NCBI GenBank assembly: GCA_963816145.1 | Contig: CAWFJP010000003.1 | Location: forward strand, 352,001 to 416,000 | Reading direction: 5' to 3' | Length of the DNA stretch: 64,000 nt | From: an uncultured delta proteobacterium | Lineage (GTDB): Bacteria; Desulfobacterota; Binatia; UBA9968 | In this document: in pieces, positions 10,018 to 19,624 of the stretch | Layout of the letters: the number at the start of each line of letters is the position of its first letter | How positions within the stretch are numbered: the first letter of the stretch is position 1 | Program-made: the position numbers and the translations under genes | The notes under the pieces: model-generated | The model's input: only the letters and a program-made list of their open reading frames with translations | Told to the model about the DNA's origin: nothing | Database searches by the model: none

Positions 10018-11433
10018 CTAGTCAATGGCCGGCCGGGTTTTGCCAAATCCTGTCATCTGCTCAAAAGCATGAGCAAGTTGCAGCACGGCAAGATCGTCGC
10101 GGTAGCGACCGACGAGTTGAATGCCCACGGGCAAACCATCCGGTGTGAATCCCGCCGGCACGGAAATCGCCGGACAAAAGGTCGACGTGATCCAGTAAGC
10201 CGATTTCATCCAATCGAGATAGGTCTCCATCTTTACGCCGTCGATCTCATGGGGCCAATCAAGCGTGGCGTCGAAGGGCGGCACTTGGTTCACAGCGCAG
10301 ATGATAAATTGATATTTTTCCTGGAATCGGCGCATGCGCTGCAATAGTTCACCATGCAGATGCATCGCCCGGGCGATATCGTCACCGGACAATTTCTGCC
10401 CCTGCTCGATCTGCCACACCGCTTCGGGTTTCATCTTGTCGCGATGGTGTTCAAGCAGCGGCCCGAGGCTGTGCCAATAGTGCCATGCGCGCAGTGTCAA
10501 AAACACTTCATCGGCCCCGGTCAAATCCGGCACGACATCTTCCACCACACTACCGAGATCGACGAATGTCTGGCGTTGCCAATCGAGCACGTCGCGGACG
10601 TGCCGATCAAGCGGCAAGCCGCCAAGATTCGGGCACCAGGCGATTCGTATTTCCCGAAAATCGCGATCCAGCCGTTGCGCAAAGATCGCGGGCTCCGATG
10701 GGTAACAGGCAGGATCGCGCGGATCAGCACCGGCCATGACACTCAACAGGAGTGCCGTGTCCGCCACTGAACGCGCCATCGGCCCTTTAACGGTAAAGCC
10801 CAAGAACGGCAGCGCCACCGGCGCGCTCGGCACCAAGCCGACGCTTGGCCGCAGCGCCACGATATTGTTGAAGTTGGCCGGATTGCGTAGCGAGCCGCCG
10901 AGATCGCTGCCGCTGGCGAGCGACAACATCCCCGCCGCCAATGCCGCCCCCGCCCCACCGCTGGAGCCGCCGGCACTCTTGGTGCGGTCATAAGGGTTGA
11001 GGGTCATACCATAGACGTCGTTGTAGCTATGCGAGCCCATACCGAACTCGGAGATGTTCGTTTTGCCGATCGGCAAAACACCGGCGCACCGCAAGCGCTC
11101 GGCCAGCACGGAATCCTCCGACGGCATGAAGTCTTTGAAGATGAGAGAACCGCGGGTCATCGGAAAACCTACAACCGGGTCGAGTTCTTTGAAGGCGAAG
11201 GGCAGACCGTGCAGCGGCCCAACATCGTCGCCGCGAGCCAATCGACGATCGGCATCTTCAGCGAGCGCGAGGCATTGATTGTCCGGCAGCTTGGCGACGA
11301 TGGCGTTTATTTTGGGATTCAGCTTTGCGATCTGGGAAAGGAACGCCGACATGACCTCACGCGCTGATACTGTACCGGCACGTAGCAATCCCGCTAGTTC
11401 GCGGGCGCTCTTGAAGCAGAGTTCGTTGCTCAT
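10018..11433 (-). CDS. Amidase signature family protein
   Basis: GPLHGLPFAFKE, GKTN, GGSSGG, GSDLGGSLRNPA. Likely start MSNELCFKSAREL at 11433; the longer tracked ORF is read-through from the upstream pseudogene. Confidence 0.9.
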   Translation of the reverse strand: MSNELCFKSARELAGLLRAGTVSAREVMSAFLSQIAKLNPKINAIVAKLPDNQCLALAEDADRRLARGDDVGPLHGLPFAFKELDPVVGFPMTRGSLIFKDFMPSEDSVLAERLRCAGVLPIGKTNISEFGMGSHSYNDVYGMTLNPYDRTKSAGGSSGGAGAALAAGMLSLASGSDLGGSLRNPANFNNIVALRPSVGLVPSAPVALPFLGFTVKGPMARSVADTALLLSVMAGADPRDPACYPSEPAIFAQRLDRDFREIRIAWCPNLGGLPLDRHVRDVLDWQRQTFVDLGSVVEDVVPDLTGADEVFLTLRAWHYWHSLGPLLEHHRDKMKPEAVWQIEQGQKLSGDDIARAMHLHGELLQRMRRFQEKYQFIICAVNQVPPFDATLDWPHEIDGVKMETYLDWMKSAYWITSTFCPAISVPAGFTPDGLPVGIQLVGRYRDDLAVLQLAHAFEQMTGFGKTRPAID

Positions 11434-11526
11434 CAAATTGTTGAACAACCTTGTTCTGTAAGTCGAAAGAACAAAGTTTATCGGCCTTAAGTTGCGGACT
11501 CCGGAATCCGTGATTCCAACTTTGTC

Positions 11527-11598
11527 GTCACCCCGGTGAAAACCGGGGTCCATCCCCATCCCCCTTAACCTGGATACCGTTTTCCAACGGTATGACGG
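11527..11598. repeat. REP/RPE-like double-hairpin element
   Basis: CGTCACCCCGGTGAAAACCGGGGTCCA...CTGGATACCGTTTTCCAACGGTATGACGG; reverse-complement relative at about 43129-43219. Confidence 0.75.
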
Positions 11599-11719
11599 AC
11601 GCTGCCCGTCACCTGGCTGTCCACATGACTCAATCGTGAGCCATATCGATGGGCGGGCATGATGCATTTTCACTTTGCCGGAGGCCGAGAACTGCCAATT
11701 TCGCGCGAAAGCAGCCAGC

Positions 11720-12266
11720 CCGGACGCTACCGGTTCTTTTGGCGGTAATGGCGGCGCGACGATGTGCTTGGCAATCTGTTCGGTTTCCCAGAGCCTGGAG
11801 AATTTGAGCGCGCGCGGGCAGTGGCTATAGGATTCCTCGACGTCAATGAGCAAGCCCTGAAGGATCTACGCCCTAGCGTCGGCGTTAAAGATCTCCGATT
11901 GAATGTCTTTCACTCGCCTCTATCGACTACTTTTGACCGGCCGTTGATACGGACGGTGTTATCATGGCCGGGAACGAGAAAGATCAATCCAACCTTGGGG
12001 TTGGTTTCCAGATTGCCGTAACCGTGGAAAAGCTTGTTACCGGCCACATCGGGAAGTAATAACTGCCTGTCATTGCGGATCTTAACAAAACCGGGCCGGC
12101 CGCCTTTAGGCGAAGCGTCGCAATCGCCCGCGGCATTGCTGGTAGCCGTCGCGCAGAACGGTGAATGGCGAATGAAATCTTGAATCCACTCGGCCATATA
12201 TGCCCGCACCTCGCCTTTGATGCGCGCCGCGGGAAATCCGAACTTTTCTTGATACTTATTTCCCAT
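11720..12266 (-). pseudogene. Pyridoxamine 5'-phosphate oxidase-like FMN-binding protein, disrupted
   Basis: FIRHSPF, CDASPKGGRPGFV, PDVAGN, NPKVGLIF, then frameshift near 11910 and in-frame TAG at 11866-11868 before LIDVEESYSHCPRALKFSRLW. 3' end approximate. Confidence 0.8.
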
Positions 12267-12290
12267 CGCGAATCCTCATAGCCTAGTGAA

Positions 12291-12848
12291 TCATTTCTTG
12301 GGATCGAGAAAATTCAAACGCTCCGCCATCGGCGTCTCCGGAAATACGTAGCCGCAGGCCTTACACGTGCGCATTTTTACGTCGCCGTTGAATTCCCCAT
12401 AGACCGCCGACACCTGCGACGGAATATTTCCCTGGTTCACCACGCGGGAAAGCACCAGCTCATCGCAATTCTCACAAAACCAGGCGAACTCTTCTTTCTC
12501 TTCCTGACGCCGTTTGCGCTCGATCACCAAACCCCAGGTGTTTTCAAACCGGCGCGGCGAATGGGGCAAGCCGCCGGGACACACGAAGATCTCGCCTTCT
12601 TTGATCCTGACACTCTGGCGCCGCTCGCCTTCCGGCTTCACAACCAACTCCATATCGCCTTCAACTTGATAAAAGAACTCATCCCCCGGCTCGATATGAA
12701 AGTCGAGCCGCGTGTTCGGCCCGCGCAAGATCATGACAAGAAAATCCTTCTGGTGCGCCAGCAGCTGATTGGTTCGAAACGGCGGGTTGAACAAGTGCTG
12801 GTTGTCGCCAACCCACTTCTTCAAGTGGAAAGTCGAAAGCAAATCCAT
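12291..12848 (-). CDS. nbaC: 3-hydroxyanthranilate 3,4-dioxygenase
   Basis: GPNTRLDFHIEPGDEFFYQ, PHSPRR, GLVIER, rubredoxin-like CENC/CKAC. Confidence 0.88.
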   Translation of the reverse strand: MDLLSTFHLKKWVGDNQHLFNPPFRTNQLLAHQKDFLVMILRGPNTRLDFHIEPGDEFFYQVEGDMELVVKPEGERRQSVRIKEGEIFVCPGGLPHSPRRFENTWGLVIERKRRQEEKEEFAWFCENCDELVLSRVVNQGNIPSQVSAVYGEFNGDVKMRTCKACGYVFPETPMAERLNFLDPKK

Positions 12849-12849
12849 T

Positions 12850-13626
12850 TTACTTCTTCAACTTTCCGCACTCTCGCGCCACACCGTCGGTGATCGCCCA
12901 CCATATGCCCAATCCTTTGCGCAGGGCTTTCACCACGCGCACTTGCAGCTCGTTGGTGGTGGCGAACTGTTCGACCAGGTCGTAACCTATGTTGCTATGT
13001 TCGGTGTCGGCTTCGCCATGCTCGGCGAAGAACTCGATGTCGTTGGCTTTCAACCCATAGTGATCTTTGAAGGCACGGAAGAATTTGCCGCCGGTCAAAT
13101 GGTTCGAGTATTCGTTGCAGCAATTCGTCGCGGCGACTTGTTCGAGTATATGGTTGCTGCGCAGGGCGATGTCCATCCAACCGACCCGCGCCAAAACCGT
13201 GGTCGGCAGGAAGTCTTCTTCGATCTCACAGCGCTCTAGCTCCTGCGCCGGCACGCCGATGGCATCGCCAAAGCGCAGAAACAATGCGCGATGGCCGAGT
13301 ACCTTTCGCGGCGATCCCTCGAAATAGCTATAGCCAACCTCGGAGTGAATGATATCGACGAACTTCTTGTGAATCTCGGGATCGTGAATCCCTGACATCT
13401 GGCAGCGAACCAGCTTTGCCGTGTTGATCGCGACATTGCATGCAAAGATGCCCCAGGCCTCCTTGGCCCAGATGCGCACGGCTTCGACCGGCAGCTTGCC
13501 GTCGAACAGGTCGCGATAGAACGGATGATGGAGCCGCGCATGGCGGTTCTTCACCTCGTCCATTAAAAATTGGCAAAGTTCCTTGGTTGGCAAGGTTTCG
13601 CCGCTTAGGACAGCTTCGATTGACAT
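12850..13626 (-). CDS. Heme-oxygenase-like diiron oxidase (TenA/PqqC/CADD superfamily)
   Basis: HHPFY, SE...GHRALFLRF, NE, FFAEHGEADTEH: an E-H-E-H-D-H diiron ligand pattern. Confidence 0.82.
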   Translation of the reverse strand: MSIEAVLSGETLPTKELCQFLMDEVKNRHARLHHPFYRDLFDGKLPVEAVRIWAKEAWGIFACNVAINTAKLVRCQMSGIHDPEIHKKFVDIIHSEVGYSYFEGSPRKVLGHRALFLRFGDAIGVPAQELERCEIEEDFLPTTVLARVGWMDIALRSNHILEQVAATNCCNEYSNHLTGGKFFRAFKDHYGLKANDIEFFAEHGEADTEHSNIGYDLVEQFATTNELQVRVVKALRKGLGIWWAITDGVARECGKLKK

Positions 13627-13671
13627 GATTCACCTCGACAAGAATCTTGGAAGGACGGCTTTCATCCCGCC

Positions 13672-14184
13672 CTAGAATTCAGAATTGCTTTTTGCGTTCT
13701 TTGGCCCTTTGCGGTTAATTTCTCTTTCTCTTCCGTCTCTCTTGGTCGCGGCACTTGGGTTCCGACGATTATCGAACTTGAATTTGTTGGCGTTGCAGGC
13801 GATCTCGACGCGGTTGCCGTCCGGGTCGAGAAAACTCACCGAGCGGTTGCCGGCTACCACCAGGGTCTCGGGCCCGCTGACCACCGGGATCTTGCGCCGT
13901 TTCAAGATCGGATAGAGCCGATCGATGATTCCGTTCTTGTCGACGTAGATGCAGAAGTGATGCAGCTTCGCCATCCCATTGCCGCTGACATGCTTGGCGC
14001 CCTTGGGCAAAGCCTGCAGCGCGATATCGTGATGCTCGCGGCCGAAGCTCATGAACGTCATTTTGGTTTGTAAGTTGCGCGCCGACACCTTGAGACCAAG
14101 GATGGTCCGATAGAATTGTTCGGATTTTTTCAAATCCTTGACATTAAGGACGATATGACCGAGAACGCCATTGCTGATTTTCAT
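13672..14184 (-). CDS. VOC family protein (single-domain glyoxalase/extradiol dioxygenase-like)
   Basis: LGHIVLNVKDL, EHHDIAL, LHHFC, SVSFLDPDGNRVEI. Confidence 0.85.
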   Translation of the reverse strand: MKISNGVLGHIVLNVKDLKKSEQFYRTILGLKVSARNLQTKMTFMSFGREHHDIALQALPKGAKHVSGNGMAKLHHFCIYVDKNGIIDRLYPILKRRKIPVVSGPETLVVAGNRSVSFLDPDGNRVEIACNANKFKFDNRRNPSAATKRDGREREINRKGPKNAKSNSEF

Positions 14185-14194
14185 AGGAAGCCTC

Positions 14195-14286
14195 AATTAA
14201 TCTTGCACCGGCGGGACTGTCAAGATCAATGATGCGATAAATTGCTGAGAAGCGGTTTGACAAGCCTTCGACGAATACGGGATATT
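14195..14286. promoter_or_regulatory. Back-to-back sigma70-like promoters of two divergent operons
   Basis: Minus strand TTGACA(14223-14218)-N17-TTAATT; plus strand TTGACA(14257)-N18-GATATT. Confidence 0.55.
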
Positions 14287-14320
14287 CGCCAGTGTCGATA
14301 AATTCAACGAGGAGAATTCC

Positions 14321-15028
14321 ATGAAAATCATGGTCGTTATGGGCGAATACCCACCAGCGGAAGGCGAGCACCGCCGCCAAGCCGTGCTCAAGTGCGCTTC
14401 GCCTGGCACAGAGATCGGCTTTGACGTCATCAAAGCGACGTTCTTCCGCCATTCTAACTCGCAGGTGAATTCACTGTCGGCGGGACCACTGGTCGCCGAA
14501 GTCGCTATCAAGGCCGAAGCCAACGGCTACGACGCGGTCGTCCCTTTCGGCACTTTGGACGCCGGAGTGGAACTGTCGCGCAACCTCGTCAAGATCCCGG
14601 TGGTCGGCGCCGGCCAATCCGTTCTCCATTTAGGCGCACAGCTAAGCAACCGACTCGGCGTGGTCGCCTATGAAGACAAGAGCGTGCCGTTCATGCGCAA
14701 GCAGATGCACGCCTGGCGCGTCGCCGATTACGTCGTCGGCATCCGCGGTATCGGCATTCCGCTGCCCGAAAGCAGCAAAAATCGTGACGCCATGCGCGGC
14801 CGCTTCATCGAAGTCGCCCGTTACCTGATCGACCAGTGCGACGCTGAAATCATCGTGCCCATGGGCGTTACCATGGTGCCGGTGCAGTATTCGCCTCAGG
14901 AAATGGAACAAGAGCTTGGCGTGCCGGTAATGAACGCGCTTAAGACCAGCATCCAGACCGCCGAGATGCTGGTGCGCATGGGTTTAACGCATAGCAGGCG
15001 AACTTATCCGCGCCCGGCGGTGCAGTGA
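14321..15028 (+). CDS. Asp/Glu/hydantoin racemase-fold protein lacking the catalytic Cys pair
   Basis: ASPGTEI, AEANGYDAVVPFGTLDAGV, KIPVVG, IVPMGVTM, ELGVPVMN, GLTHSRRTYP. Confidence 0.8.
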   Translation: MKIMVVMGEYPPAEGEHRRQAVLKCASPGTEIGFDVIKATFFRHSNSQVNSLSAGPLVAEVAIKAEANGYDAVVPFGTLDAGVELSRNLVKIPVVGAGQSVLHLGAQLSNRLGVVAYEDKSVPFMRKQMHAWRVADYVVGIRGIGIPLPESSKNRDAMRGRFIEVARYLIDQCDAEIIVPMGVTMVPVQYSPQEMEQELGVPVMNALKTSIQTAEMLVRMGLTHSRRTYPRPAVQ

Positions 15029-15046
15029 GATTGGCAATGGCTTTCG

Positions 15047-15916
15047 ATGCGTAAGTTTGAGTTGCTTGAACCGAGATCGCTGGCGGAGGCTTGCGCGATT
15101 CTCGCTAACGACGGCGATGCCAAGGCGATCGCCGGCGGCACGGCGCTGCTGACAATTATCAAGCAGGGACTGCTGCTGCCAAAGACATTGGTCAACCTAA
15201 AGAAGATCGGCGATGCCGGCGCAATCACCTTCGATCCGGTCAACGGGTTACGCATCGGCGCCCTGGCAACGATCAACGAGATCGAAACATCGGAAACCGT
15301 TCGGCGGCACTACCCGGCGCTTGCCGAAGCCTGCCATGTCGTCGCCAACATCCGTATCCGCAACATGGCCACCATCGGCGGCAATCTTGTCCACGGTGAT
15401 TATCAATCCGATCCGCCGACAGTGCTGGCGGTTTTGAATGCTCGTGTCGAACTGATGAGTGCAGACAAAATTCGCCGGCTTGCACTGGCTGATTTTCAAC
15501 TTGGCAGCTATGATACCGCGCTTCAGCCCGGTGAACTGCTTTCCGCCGTGGTCATTCCACCGCTTCCCCAGGGAATGCGCGGTCATTACGTTAAGTTCAC
15601 CACCGGTTCTTCGGAAGAGCGCCCCTGCGCCGGTGTTGCTGCGTTGGCGCGCATCGATAGTGGTGTTTGCCATGAGCTGCGCCTCGCGGTAGGAGCAGTG
15701 TCGGCGAAGCCAGTGCGCATTGGTGCAGAATCGCTCGCCGGCGGCAAATCGCTTAACGCCGATCTAATCGCGACAATCACTATCGAAGCCGCAAGCGCTA
15801 TCGACCCCATCGACGATGTCCGCGGACCGGCGGATTACAAGCGCCATCTGGTCGGTGTTTTGACCCGGCGCGCGCTGCAAGCACTGTCGAACAGCACAAC
15901 GGAGAGCAAGTCATGA
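15047..15916 (+). CDS. Molybdenum hydroxylase FAD-binding medium subunit (CoxM-like)
   Basis: IAGGTAL, IRNMATIGGNL, DDVRGPADYKR. Confidence 0.92.
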   Translation: MRKFELLEPRSLAEACAILANDGDAKAIAGGTALLTIIKQGLLLPKTLVNLKKIGDAGAITFDPVNGLRIGALATINEIETSETVRRHYPALAEACHVVANIRIRNMATIGGNLVHGDYQSDPPTVLAVLNARVELMSADKIRRLALADFQLGSYDTALQPGELLSAVVIPPLPQGMRGHYVKFTTGSSEERPCAGVAALARIDSGVCHELRLAVGAVSAKPVRIGAESLAGGKSLNADLIATITIEAASAIDPIDDVRGPADYKRHLVGVLTRRALQALSNSTTESKS

Positions 15917-18192
15917 CTCTCGTCGGCACCAATGTCGAAATGGTCGGCGGCCGTGCCAAAGTCAGCGGTGCGGTGAGCTACGTCGCCGATATGGAATTTC
16001 CCGGCCAACTCTACGCCAAGGCGCTGCGTAGTCCCTATCCCCATGCGAAACTGCTGCGCATCGATGCCGGCAAAGCCGCAGCGCTCCCCGGCGTGCGCGC
16101 CGTGGTGACGCGCGACGATCTCACGGGACTGAATCCCTATTTCGGAACTGGCGTCGAAGACCAGCCGGTGCTGGTCATCGACAAAGTGCGCTGCGTCGGC
16201 GACATCGTCGCCGCGGTCGCTGCCGAGAGTCGCGAGATCGCTGAAGAGGCGGTGACGCTGATCGAAGCGGATTATGAAGAATTGCCGGCAGCGACCGACA
16301 TTCTCGAAGCGGCCAAGCCCAGCGCGCCGATCGTCCACGAGCAGCATGTCGACAAACGCGCCGGTGGCAACATCCACGGCGTCTACCGCGCCACCAGTGG
16401 TGATATCGAGCAAGGCTTTAAAGAATCCGACGAAATCATTGAAAATATTTATAAAATCCCGCCGGTGCAGCATGGCCACATCGAGCCCCATGTGGTCACC
16501 GCGTTGTGGGAGCCCAGCGGCAAACTCGTAGTCCACACGCCGAGCCAAACGCCATCGCCGCTGCAGGAGCAGATCGCTAAGGTTTTCCAATTGCCGCTCA
16601 ACCGCGTGCGCGTCATCGTGCCTTTTATCGGCGGCGGCTACGGCGGTAAGAACCACGCGCGCATTGAACCGGTGGTGGCGCTCTTGGCGCGCAAGGCGCG
16701 CCGGCCGGTGCAGTGGATTCTCACCCGCGACGAAGTCTTTCTCACCGGACGGCGCTTCGGCGCGGTGGTGAAAATAAAAACCGGCTTCAAGCGCGACGGT
16801 CGGCTGTGGGCGCGCAAAGTCGAGGCCTGGTACGACATGGGCGCCTACGCGCTCTCCGGTCCGGCGAACACCAAGAACGCCTGTATCATCGCCGGCGGGC
16901 CGTACAACATTCCTCATCGCGATTACACGACCTACGCCGTCTACACCAATCTGCCGCCGGCGGGCCCGTACCGCGGCGTCGGCGCGTCGCATGTCTGCTG
17001 GGCCTACGAATCGGACATCGATGACATCGCCCGGCGCTGCCATCTCGACCCGCTTGAAGTCCGGCTGAAAAATTTGCTTCGTGAAAACGACCGTTTCATT
17101 ACCGGCGAGCCGATGATTTCGGTCGGCGTGTCCGAGTGCGTCAAGCAAGTTGCCCAATCCATCCATTGGCAATCGGGAGCGGAGCAATCCTTGCGAAGCG
17201 ATGCAATAGTCCGCGGCAAAGGGGTCGCAGTGGCGATCAAGAGCACCTCGACGCCGAGCACTTCCGCTGCCAGTGTGCGGCTCAATGCCGACGGCTCGGC
17301 GATTTTGCTTACCAGCACTTCCGATATGGGCCAGGGAGCGCAAACCGCGTTGGCGCAGATCGTTGCCGATGAATTAGCATTGCCTTTCGAGCGTGTGTCC
17401 GTGACCTTCCCCGACAGTGACGTTACGCCCTACGACAAGTCAACGAGTTCGAGCCGAGCGACGTTCCATATGGGCAAAGCGGCACAAATGGCGTGCGGCA
17501 AGATCCGCGAACAACTATTTCAAGCGGGCGCGAAAAAATTGGAAGCGCGCATCGAAGACTTGGAGCTGCGCGATAGCCGATTGCAAGTCAAAGGAGTGCC
17601 GGAAAAGAATCTCACCTACCCACAGATCTTCAAAGCGATCTACGGCGAAGCCAGCGGCAGCCTGTTCGGCAGCCATACCCTGCGCACCGAAGGCGGCGTC
17701 GACGCCGTCACCGGCCAAGGCAAGGGATCGTCTTTCTGGTTCTATTCAGCCGCCGGCGCCGAAGTCGAGGTCGATACCGAGACCGGCAAAGTCCGTGTCT
17801 TACAAGTCGCTAGTGCCGTTGATGTCGGTAAGGCGGTTCATCCATTGCAATGCAGCCTGCAAAACGAAGGCTCCGCCCTGGCCGGTCTCGGCTCGGCGCT
17901 GTTCGAAGAGATGCGCTACGACAACGGCCAGCCGATCAACAGCAGTTTTCTCGACTATCTGTTGCCGTCAATGCTCGATCATCCCGGCGAATTTCAATCG
18001 CTGCTGGTGGAAACACCCCATCCCGACGGCCCTTGCGGCGCCAAAGGCATGGGCGAGGCCGCCCTGCCGCCCATGGCGCCGGCCATCGGCAACGCCATCG
18101 CCAATGCGCTGGGCGGCGCGCGCGTCCGCGACCTGCCGGTGAAGCCGCATAAAATCGTCGCCGCGTTGAACAGATCCAAGGAGCACCGCTGA
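15913..18192 (+). CDS. Xanthine dehydrogenase family molybdopterin-binding large subunit
   Basis: LRSPYPHA, QHGHIEP, GGGYGGK, YRGVG, MGQG, AKGMGE; no AYXCSFR, so not form I CO dehydrogenase. Confidence 0.92.
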   Translation: MTLVGTNVEMVGGRAKVSGAVSYVADMEFPGQLYAKALRSPYPHAKLLRIDAGKAAALPGVRAVVTRDDLTGLNPYFGTGVEDQPVLVIDKVRCVGDIVAAVAAESREIAEEAVTLIEADYEELPAATDILEAAKPSAPIVHEQHVDKRAGGNIHGVYRATSGDIEQGFKESDEIIENIYKIPPVQHGHIEPHVVTALWEPSGKLVVHTPSQTPSPLQEQIAKVFQLPLNRVRVIVPFIGGGYGGKNHARIEPVVALLARKARRPVQWILTRDEVFLTGRRFGAVVKIKTGFKRDGRLWARKVEAWYDMGAYALSGPANTKNACIIAGGPYNIPHRDYTTYAVYTNLPPAGPYRGVGASHVCWAYESDIDDIARRCHLDPLEVRLKNLLRENDRFITGEPMISVGVSECVKQVAQSIHWQSGAEQSLRSDAIVRGKGVAVAIKSTSTPSTSAASVRLNADGSAILLTSTSDMGQGAQTALAQIVADELALPFERVSVTFPDSDVTPYDKSTSSSRATFHMGKAAQMACGKIREQLFQAGAKKLEARIEDLELRDSRLQVKGVPEKNLTYPQIFKAIYGEASGSLFGSHTLRTEGGVDAVTGQGKGSSFWFYSAAGAEVEVDTETGKVRVLQVASAVDVGKAVHPLQCSLQNEGSALAGLGSALFEEMRYDNGQPINSSFLDYLLPSMLDHPGEFQSLLVETPHPDGPCGAKGMGEAALPPMAPAIGNAIANALGGARVRDLPVKPHKIVAALNRSKEHR

Positions 18193-18193
18193 G

Positions 18194-18655
18194 ATGAAGC
18201 TCGCCATCGCCGCCACGATTAACGGCCAGCGCGAAGAGTTAGCCGTCACCCCGCATCAAACGCTTTTGGAATTCCTGCGTGACGACCTGAAGCTCAAAGG
18301 CGCCGTCGAAGGTTGCAGCGTCGGCGTCTGTGGTTCCTGCACGGTGCTAATCGACGGCAAGCCGGTCAGTTCTTGCCTGACCCTCGCCGGCAACATCGAA
18401 GGCAAATCAGTCACGACCATCGAGGGGCTGTCGCAAAATGGCGAACTCGACCCGGTGCAGCGAGCGTTCTTGAAACACCAAGCCTTCCAATGCGGCTTCT
18501 GCACCACCGGCATGATCCTGGCAGTCAAGGGTTTGCTGAACGCGCACCCGCATCCGAGCGAAGCGCAGGCCCGCGATTATCTTTCCGGCAATTTATGCCG
18601 TTGCGGGACCTATAAAGAAGTATTGGCGGCGGTCAAGGAGCTGAGCGGCGAGTGA
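18194..18655 (+). CDS. Molybdenum hydroxylase 2x[2Fe-2S] small subunit (CoxS-like)
   Basis: GCSVGVCGSCTV, QCGFCT, GNLCRCG. Confidence 0.95.
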   Translation: MKLAIAATINGQREELAVTPHQTLLEFLRDDLKLKGAVEGCSVGVCGSCTVLIDGKPVSSCLTLAGNIEGKSVTTIEGLSQNGELDPVQRAFLKHQAFQCGFCTTGMILAVKGLLNAHPHPSEAQARDYLSGNLCRCGTYKEVLAAVKELSGE

Positions 18656-18714
18656 GCCGATAGGCATTACCAGTCATGTTGAGAATATCGGCCAGCGGTT
18701 AGAGCGGGGGCAAT

Positions 18715-19599
18715 TTGAAACGCTTGCTGATATTTTCTCTGTTCATAGTCGCGCTTTTGTCGTGGAAACAAATTATCCACGCCGCCGAGCCCGCTGCGGC
18801 AACTCCCGTTCGGATGAAATGGCTGGGCACCGCGGGCTGGGAGATTCAGGTCGGCTCGACGACAATCCTGATCGATCCGTTTATTACCAGACATGAAGCC
18901 GCTCCCACTGTGGAATGGAAAACCGACGAAGCGGAAGTTCTGCGCGTCCTTAACAAGGCCGATTTCATTTTTGCCGGTCACAGCCATGCCGACCATATCG
19001 CCGATATTGCCTTCATCGCCAAACGCTTCGGCGCGAAAGTTATCGGTTCGAGAACCACAACCAACATCGCCATCACCGCCGGCGTCGACAAGGCGCAAGT
19101 CACGACCATCGCCGGCGGCGAAAAACTCGAATTCAAAGACTTCACAGTCCAGGTCGTCGAAAGCAATCACGGCACGCTCACGCGCGGTGGCCGGCGCCGC
19201 CAGCCGCGGTCGGCTGAAATCTTGAAACCCTGGAATGGGCCGATTACCGGAAAGTCGTTTGTCGAAGGCGGCAGTTATCTCTATTATTTCACCTTCGGCA
19301 ACCGACGCGTCTTACACCAAAGCACCGGCAGTTTTATCGAAGCAAACTTGAAAGGGTTGCAGCCCGACGTCGCGATTCTCGCGGAAAACCGCAACTATCA
19401 ATGGTCCGAGGCGATCAAGATCCTGCAACCGAAGACGGTTATCATTCACCATTACGACCAGTGGCGCAGCGCCTTAGCCCTGGGAATTCCAGATGCCAAT
19501 CTCCGCAGGGCGCAGCGTTTTGAGCGAGATATCAAGTCCATCAACCCACAGATCAAAGTGATCATCCCGGAGCACCTGCAACAGATCACTCTTGAGTAA
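18715..19599 (+). CDS. Exported MBL-fold metallohydrolase
   Basis: WLGTAG, ILIDPF, GHSHADH, HHYD; signal peptide. Confidence 0.85.
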   Translation: MKRLLIFSLFIVALLSWKQIIHAAEPAAATPVRMKWLGTAGWEIQVGSTTILIDPFITRHEAAPTVEWKTDEAEVLRVLNKADFIFAGHSHADHIADIAFIAKRFGAKVIGSRTTTNIAITAGVDKAQVTTIAGGEKLEFKDFTVQVVESNHGTLTRGGRRRQPRSAEILKPWNGPITGKSFVEGGSYLYYFTFGNRRVLHQSTGSFIEANLKGLQPDVAILAENRNYQWSEAIKILQPKTVIIHHYDQWRSALALGIPDANLRRAQRFERDIKSINPQIKVIIPEHLQQITLE

Positions 19600-19624
19600 C
19601 AGCAATCAGGACCGCCCATCAGAC

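Noticed and set aside
10018-11853. 611-aa amidase with a novel N-terminal domain
   Set aside because: The extension is the tail of the broken PNPOx-like gene read through an intergenic REP element; the amidase begins at 11433.
12850-13626. PqqC of PQQ biosynthesis
   Set aside because: No pqqA/B/D/E nearby; the ligand pattern fits a diiron HDO better than cofactor-free PqqC.
15835-17343. Long antisense ORFs (also 30152-31141, 43518-44504, 54481-55413, 62975-63976)
   Set aside because: Shadow frames of well-supported genes in GC-rich DNA with no recognisable motifs.
15913-18192. Aerobic CO dehydrogenase (coxMLS)
   Set aside because: No AYXCSFR or AYXGAGR motif, and no coxDEFG accessory genes.
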